NCBI GenBank assembly: GCA_038247415.1
Contig: JBBRUX010000035.1
Span: 1-41,244 of the forward strand
DNA from: Chitinivibrionales bacterium
Lineage (GTDB): Bacteria; Fibrobacterota; Chitinivibrionia; Chitinivibrionales; WJKA01
Direction of reading: 5' to 3'
Length of the DNA stretch: 41,244 bases
The notes below the pieces were generated by a model. It was not told where the DNA came from, did no database searches, and saw only the letters and a list, made by a program, of their open reading frames with translations. Shown in pieces: positions 36,852-41,244 of this stretch (the stretch's first letter is position 1; every line of letters starts with the position of its first letter). A program made the translations under genes and the position numbers.

Positions 36852-37308
36852 ATTTGCTCTCTGCATTAATCAGAATGCTGAGGAACTCTTGCGCCGAAGC
36901 AGCTTCCATGAGGTCGTTGCGCACCTCCTCGTACGACATCACGCGAGAGAGAGACGACAAAATATGCGTATGATCTGCGGATGTATTAGGTGGGCTGATC
37001 ATCATAAATATCAGAGATACTGGTTGCTCATCAATAGCTTCAAATTCAATGCCGTGTTTAAGGCGTGCAGCAATCATGTGGAGTCGATCGATACCCTCAA
37101 CTCGTCCATGAGGAATTGCAATGCCATAACCGATGCCTGTCGACATTTCGGATTCCCGGGAGAGGATTTTTTGGATAATTGTATCTGCAGAACGGATTTC
37201 GTAGAGCGATGCAATATACCCGCCCATGGTAGAGAGAAGTTCGCTTTTATCTTTAGGCGTGAGATCGATCAGAATACCATTTTTATCGAGCACATCATGA
37301 ATTTTCAA
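36841..37308 (-). CDS. PTS EIIA, fructose/mannitol/nitrogen-regulatory (PtsN-like) type
   Basis: RESEMSTGIGYGIAIPHGR, EFEAIDEQPVSLIF, HTHILSSLSR; TTG start overlapping the upstream stop. Confidence 0.92.
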   Translation of the reverse strand: MKIHDVLDKNGILIDLTPKDKSELLSTMGGYIASLYEIRSADTIIQKILSRESEMSTGIGYGIAIPHGRVEGIDRLHMIAARLKHGIEFEAIDEQPVSLIFMMISPPNTSADHTHILSSLSRVMSYEEVRNDLMEAASAQEFLSILINAESKYVE

Positions 37309-37559
37309 GATTGTTCCCCGGTATCGGTTTTGGAAAAGTAATCTTTCTTCTTCTCGAGTCGACGAGATATGACTCCCAGAACTCTACCAAAGATATAGAT
37401 AGCCAATCCAACAGACGCAATAATAAATGCTGTGCCTTTAAGCGTTCCGCCGGTATAGCGAAACTTGTACATTATTATTACCCCAATAACGGTAATACCA
37501 AAACCGCCATACATAACCATCGTAGCTCGCTGTATCAGAGCTTCCCATACTTTTTTCAT
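37305..37559 (-). CDS. Small two-TM membrane protein
   Basis: Two hydrophobic helices; GGGGG RBS; coupled to EIIA. Confidence 0.7.
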   Translation of the reverse strand: MKKVWEALIQRATMVMYGGFGITVIGVIIMYKFRYTGGTLKGTAFIIASVGLAIYIFGRVLGVISRRLEKKKDYFSKTDTGEQS

Positions 37560-37608
37560 GAGTACCCCCGTTTTGGGTAGTTAATATGATTTGTGAGCTG
37601 ATACAAGA

Positions 37609-38589
37609 TCAAATCGGCGAAATTAATTTTTTCCAGATTTCGCGAGAAATTGCAGAAAGGCCTTGACAAATCCTGAGCGCTTCATCTGGGTTTTTTAAAG
37701 TGAGCTTCACTTCAAGCCGTTGTTTTTCAAAACCGGGGGTCTCTTTAAAGGCTACCCGCGTCGCGTCGGGAGAGGTTTTATGAACCAATTCTCTCCAATT
37801 TTTTCGTGCTGCACTATACGTAGGAAATCTCAAATCGAAAAAGATTTCTCGTATTTTCTCTAGCTTTTGCGGGCTATTCAGCGTTTTTTGATTCTGCAGC
37901 GCAATCATTTTTTCTTGGTTGCAAAGCTCTGGTACCGATATCCCATACACATGCGCGAGCTCTGGAAGCCACTCGACAATTTCTCGCCACAATTGGAGCG
38001 AAGGCAGCATTCCCTCAAAAAGTTTGATGAGCGATTCTTGATCGGATTTGCTCATTCGAGAGATTTCGGCGCACATTGTTTTAGGCAGCATGCCGGATGT
38101 AACGCTCATTTGCACAGCATCACAACAATCAAGCACCGCACGCAGCTCGGTTGCTTCGCGCATAGAAACCCCATATAAAAATGCGATCGTCGCTTCAGAA
38201 TCATCCCCCACAGATGCTAACCAGCGCATCACCTCAACACTCTCCAACGGCTGCTTCAACCGATTTTTATTGAGGAGAATTCGCCCGAGCGAAACTCTGT
38301 GAAGATCTAGTGAGCAATCTATAATAAGCGCTCCAAACGTACTATTTCCTAACCGCTGCTGCATTGCACTACGCTTGGCTCCATCAATAATATAATGCGT
38401 TCCATTGGTCATTACCCCAACAACAATGGGCAAATACATTTCAGCGCGATTGGTCATATCCATTTCACTCTTTGAACCATCAAGGATAGTTGGGGCCAAA
38501 AGATCTGCTAGAGACACCTGCCGATGCGGTGCAGATGCCAATGCTTTACCAAATTCCGCAGCTTTTTCTAAGATTGTCATAATTTTCAA
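37609..38589 (-). CDS. ParB/Srx-like N-terminal domain protein
   Basis: PIVV....HYIIDGAKR motif followed by helical region; degenerate relative to chromosomal ParB. Confidence 0.6.
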   Translation of the reverse strand: MKIMTILEKAAEFGKALASAPHRQVSLADLLAPTILDGSKSEMDMTNRAEMYLPIVVGVMTNGTHYIIDGAKRSAMQQRLGNSTFGALIIDCSLDLHRVSLGRILLNKNRLKQPLESVEVMRWLASVGDDSEATIAFLYGVSMREATELRAVLDCCDAVQMSVTSGMLPKTMCAEISRMSKSDQESLIKLFEGMLPSLQLWREIVEWLPELAHVYGISVPELCNQEKMIALQNQKTLNSPQKLEKIREIFFDLRFPTYSAARKNWRELVHKTSPDATRVAFKETPGFEKQRLEVKLTLKNPDEALRICQGLSAISREIWKKLISPI

Positions 38590-39379
38590 CTTCCTGTGCT
38601 AAATTTCTTTTTAAAGCGCCATCCCTCAGGATAGAAAGCTTTGTAGTAAGCACTGCTTTTGTTGCAGTCATTTGTTCGTTAGATAATCGACCGCGTGTCA
38701 CAAGATTTGCCAGTGCTTTTACGCGTAACGAATCGAGCACGGGCGTACTAGCAGATAGTTGATCTGCATGCCCGCCATAGCGCGTTAATAAATTACTTTC
38801 AATTAACCCAACATGCTCATGCGCCGTAATTCTAAGCCATAAATCATAGTCTTCGCATGCTCGCAAATCCTCGTTAAAACCACCATATTGAGTAAAAAGC
38901 TCTCGACGCAGCATTACCGACGAAGGGGTAATCATGCATCGAGCAAGTGACGCCAGAAAAATATCACCACTTATTTTTTCGTGGGTCTTGGGTGGATTTA
39001 CCCGAACTCCATTGCGTATCCAGATTTCCTTCGTTTGACATAAAGAGACATTTGGATTTTTGATCAAATAATCGTGTTGCACTTTTAATTTTTTTTTATC
39101 CCAAACATCATCCGAATCCAGAAACGCAACAAACTGCCCCGTAGCTCTGGCCACCCCTGCGTTTCGTGCTGCAGAAACTCCCCGATTATGCGAGAATCGG
39201 ATTACATGGATTCGAGGGTCACGTTGTGTGGCAAGAAAAGCATCTGTGGCATCGGTTGAACCATCATCAACAATAATGCATTCGAAATGCGGATATACCG
39301 AAGCAAGCACCGATGCAAGTGCGCGCGATAACATTGACACACGATTATACGTAGGTATCACCACAGAGATTTCAATCAT
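38546..39379 (-). CDS. Family 2 glycosyltransferase
   Basis: SVVIPTYNR, IIVDDGSTD, GVSAARNAG, AFLDSDD, CEDYDLWLR. Confidence 0.93.
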   Translation of the reverse strand: MIEISVVIPTYNRVSMLSRALASVLASVYPHFECIIVDDGSTDATDAFLATQRDPRIHVIRFSHNRGVSAARNAGVARATGQFVAFLDSDDVWDKKKLKVQHDYLIKNPNVSLCQTKEIWIRNGVRVNPPKTHEKISGDIFLASLARCMITPSSVMLRRELFTQYGGFNEDLRACEDYDLWLRITAHEHVGLIESNLLTRYGGHADQLSASTPVLDSLRVKALANLVTRGRLSNEQMTATKAVLTTKLSILRDGALKRNLAQEVENYDNLRKSCGIW

Positions 39380-39511
39380 ACCATAAAAATAGTTTAATTC
39401 ATGAGTTCTTAACGGTATACTATAATGAATGCTATATTAGATAGTACGATATCATTGAGACATGACACCCGTTTTTAGCCCATAACGTCACTTTTTGAAA
39501 GGTTGTTGTCC

Positions 39512-40909
39512 ATGCATTTAACATTTTATGGCGCAGCTCAGACTGTTACCGGATCGATGCATCTGCTCAAAGCCAACGGGAAAAACATTTTGCTCGAATG
39601 CGGAATGTTTCAAGGTAAACGGGAAGAAGCATACAAGCGCAACAGAGACTTCCCCTTCGACCCGGCATCCATCGATGCACTCATTCTCACCCACGCACAT
39701 ATGGATCATAGCGGTAATATTCCTAATCTTGTTCGACACGGATTTAAAGGCCTGATTTATGCAACATCGCCCACTGTTGACTTATGCAAAATAATGTTAC
39801 GGGATTCTGCTCATTTACAAGAGATGGATATCAAATGGGTTAACCTGATTCGCGAAAAGCATCACCAGGAACTTCTTGAGCCTCTGTATACCATGGAAGA
39901 CGCAGATGCCTGTATGGACAGCTTTGCTGCCGTTGATTATGAACAAAGCGTACAAATTGCTCCTGGCGTTGCCTTTCGCTTCGTTGAAGCAGGACACATT
40001 CTCGGATCTGCATCTATTCATCTGGAAATTCTCGAGGAGGGCAAAGTCAAGCGGCTCTGCTATGCCGGTGATATTGGTCGCAACAACATGCCAATCCTTC
40101 ACGATCCCAACCTTCCGGTAGAATCGCATGCAGTTATCATGGAATCGACCTACGGAAACCGTCTTCATGAGAATGTTGACGATGGAGCAGATAAGCTAGC
40201 CGATATCATCCGTCAAATTTCTCAAAACGGAGGGAAACTAATAATTCCTGCTTTTGCAATCGGTCGTACGCAAGAGCTTGTTTACATACTGCACAAATTG
40301 TACGATCAAAACAGAATCCCCGATATCCCCATATATGTCGACAGCCCGCTTGCCATACGAGCAACCGAAATCTTCAGAAATCATCCCGAAGATCTCGATC
40401 GCGAAACTCGTAGGCTCTTTTTGGATGCTGGCCGCGATCCTTTTGAATTCCCACGTCTCAAATACGTCACCGATGTAGTGGATTCAAAACACCTCAATAG
40501 TCTTACATTCCCGCATGTTATAATCTCTGCGTCGGGTATGTGCGAAGGTGGCCGCATATTGCACCATCTCAAAAACAACCTCGATAACCACCGTGCAACA
40601 ATTCTCTTTGTAGGCTTTGCCGCAAAAGATACCCTTGCACGTAAAATCATGGATGGCAACCGTACAGTAAAGGTTTTTGGCGAAGAACATGTCGTGCGGG
40701 CGCAAATCAAAACACTCGGAACATTCTCCGCACACGCCGACCGCGCAGACCTTATAGACTATGTCAAGTTCTCTCCACCCTCGGTACTTAAAAATATTTT
40801 TCTCGTACACGGTGAAGAAGATCAGGCATTGCCCCTGCGGGATGCATTTTTAGAAAAAGGTTATGAGCATGTAGAATTTCCTGCTCATGGAGATACGTTC
40901 GAGATTTAA
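39512..40909 (+). CDS. Metallo-beta-lactamase/beta-CASP ribonuclease (COG1236-type)
   Basis: GAAQTVTGS, THAHMDHSG, AGHILGS, GDIG, ESTYG, PAFAIGRTQE, SAHAD, LVHGE. Confidence 0.93.
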   Translation: MHLTFYGAAQTVTGSMHLLKANGKNILLECGMFQGKREEAYKRNRDFPFDPASIDALILTHAHMDHSGNIPNLVRHGFKGLIYATSPTVDLCKIMLRDSAHLQEMDIKWVNLIREKHHQELLEPLYTMEDADACMDSFAAVDYEQSVQIAPGVAFRFVEAGHILGSASIHLEILEEGKVKRLCYAGDIGRNNMPILHDPNLPVESHAVIMESTYGNRLHENVDDGADKLADIIRQISQNGGKLIIPAFAIGRTQELVYILHKLYDQNRIPDIPIYVDSPLAIRATEIFRNHPEDLDRETRRLFLDAGRDPFEFPRLKYVTDVVDSKHLNSLTFPHVIISASGMCEGGRILHHLKNNLDNHRATILFVGFAAKDTLARKIMDGNRTVKVFGEEHVVRAQIKTLGTFSAHADRADLIDYVKFSPPSVLKNIFLVHGEEDQALPLRDAFLEKGYEHVEFPAHGDTFEI

Positions 40910-40934
40910 AATTGATTTTTGCTGCTTGTGGGAT

Positions 40935-40972
40935 AAGCCCCTCTCAGAATATGAGAGGGGCCTTTTTGTTTT
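40935..40972 (+). terminator. Intrinsic terminator after the beta-CASP gene
   Basis: GCCCCTCTCA gaata TGAGAGGGGC followed by CTTTTTGTTTT. Confidence 0.85.
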
Positions 40973-41244
40973 ATACTTTGCAGATAATTTTACAAAAAGT
41001 GGTTGAACATTAAAAGATTTCAGGTAGTTAGTTTCAATTGACAAAGAGATTAGCCCAACCTTCGCATAGCAACCACCAGGCTGAAAAAAGGTATGCATAA
41101 AGCTTTTTTTCATAAAAATAGCTGTAAGTCATTGATTTTTGATTTTGAAAGTCGTTTGTAGTGCCCATAGATTAAATTTTCTCTTGCTTTTCCTTTTGTA
41201 TCGATATATCTTTTTCTCATGTTCCTACGACTCAAAAAAACAGA

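Noticed and set aside
41125..41138. IHF-consensus match (minus strand AATCAATGACTTA)
   Set aside because: A single short match in AT-rich DNA with the downstream gene outside the window; not enough to call.
1..41244. CRISPR arrays, transposases, rRNA, known riboswitches
   Set aside because: No regularly spaced repeats or diagnostic motifs seen by eye; a covariance-model scan was not possible.

Overview
Bacterial chromosomal segment, probably from a diderm anaerobe (desulfoferrodoxin and rubredoxin, TonB/ExbBD proteins). A Fibrobacterota/Chitinivibrionia-like origin is my inference only. Left to right: (i) a minus-strand run of oxidative-stress and metabolic genes (peroxiredoxin, desulfoferrodoxin, FlaG-like ORF, rubredoxin, zwf, TIGR02757, PTS enzyme I) ending in an ExbD-TonB pair; (ii) valS and a trpE/trpG-trpC-trpF cluster split by an opposite-strand Ser/Thr kinase and a small beta-barrel gene; (iii) a ~12.4 kb, tightly coupled 10-gene minus-strand operon resembling a self-contained Agl-Glt trans-envelope motor (MerR/BldC-type HTH, two paralogous beta-barrels, two giant TPR proteins of which one is a lipoprotein ending in a sugar-binding-type jelly-roll, a GltF-like protein, ExbB/AglR, two ExbD/AglQS, a GltG-like TonB-C protein); (iv) tRNA-Arg(ACG) followed by an accessory-looking region (COG2509 flavoprotein, decayed AAA/DUF4143 gene, clan GH-A glycoside hydrolase); (v) a GT2 / ParB-like / membrane protein / PTS EIIA / STAS operon, divergent from a beta-CASP nuclease. 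No CRISPR array, integrase or transposase was seen. All family calls come from motif recognition by eye, not database searches. The operon in (iii) is the best candidate for an undescribed system.
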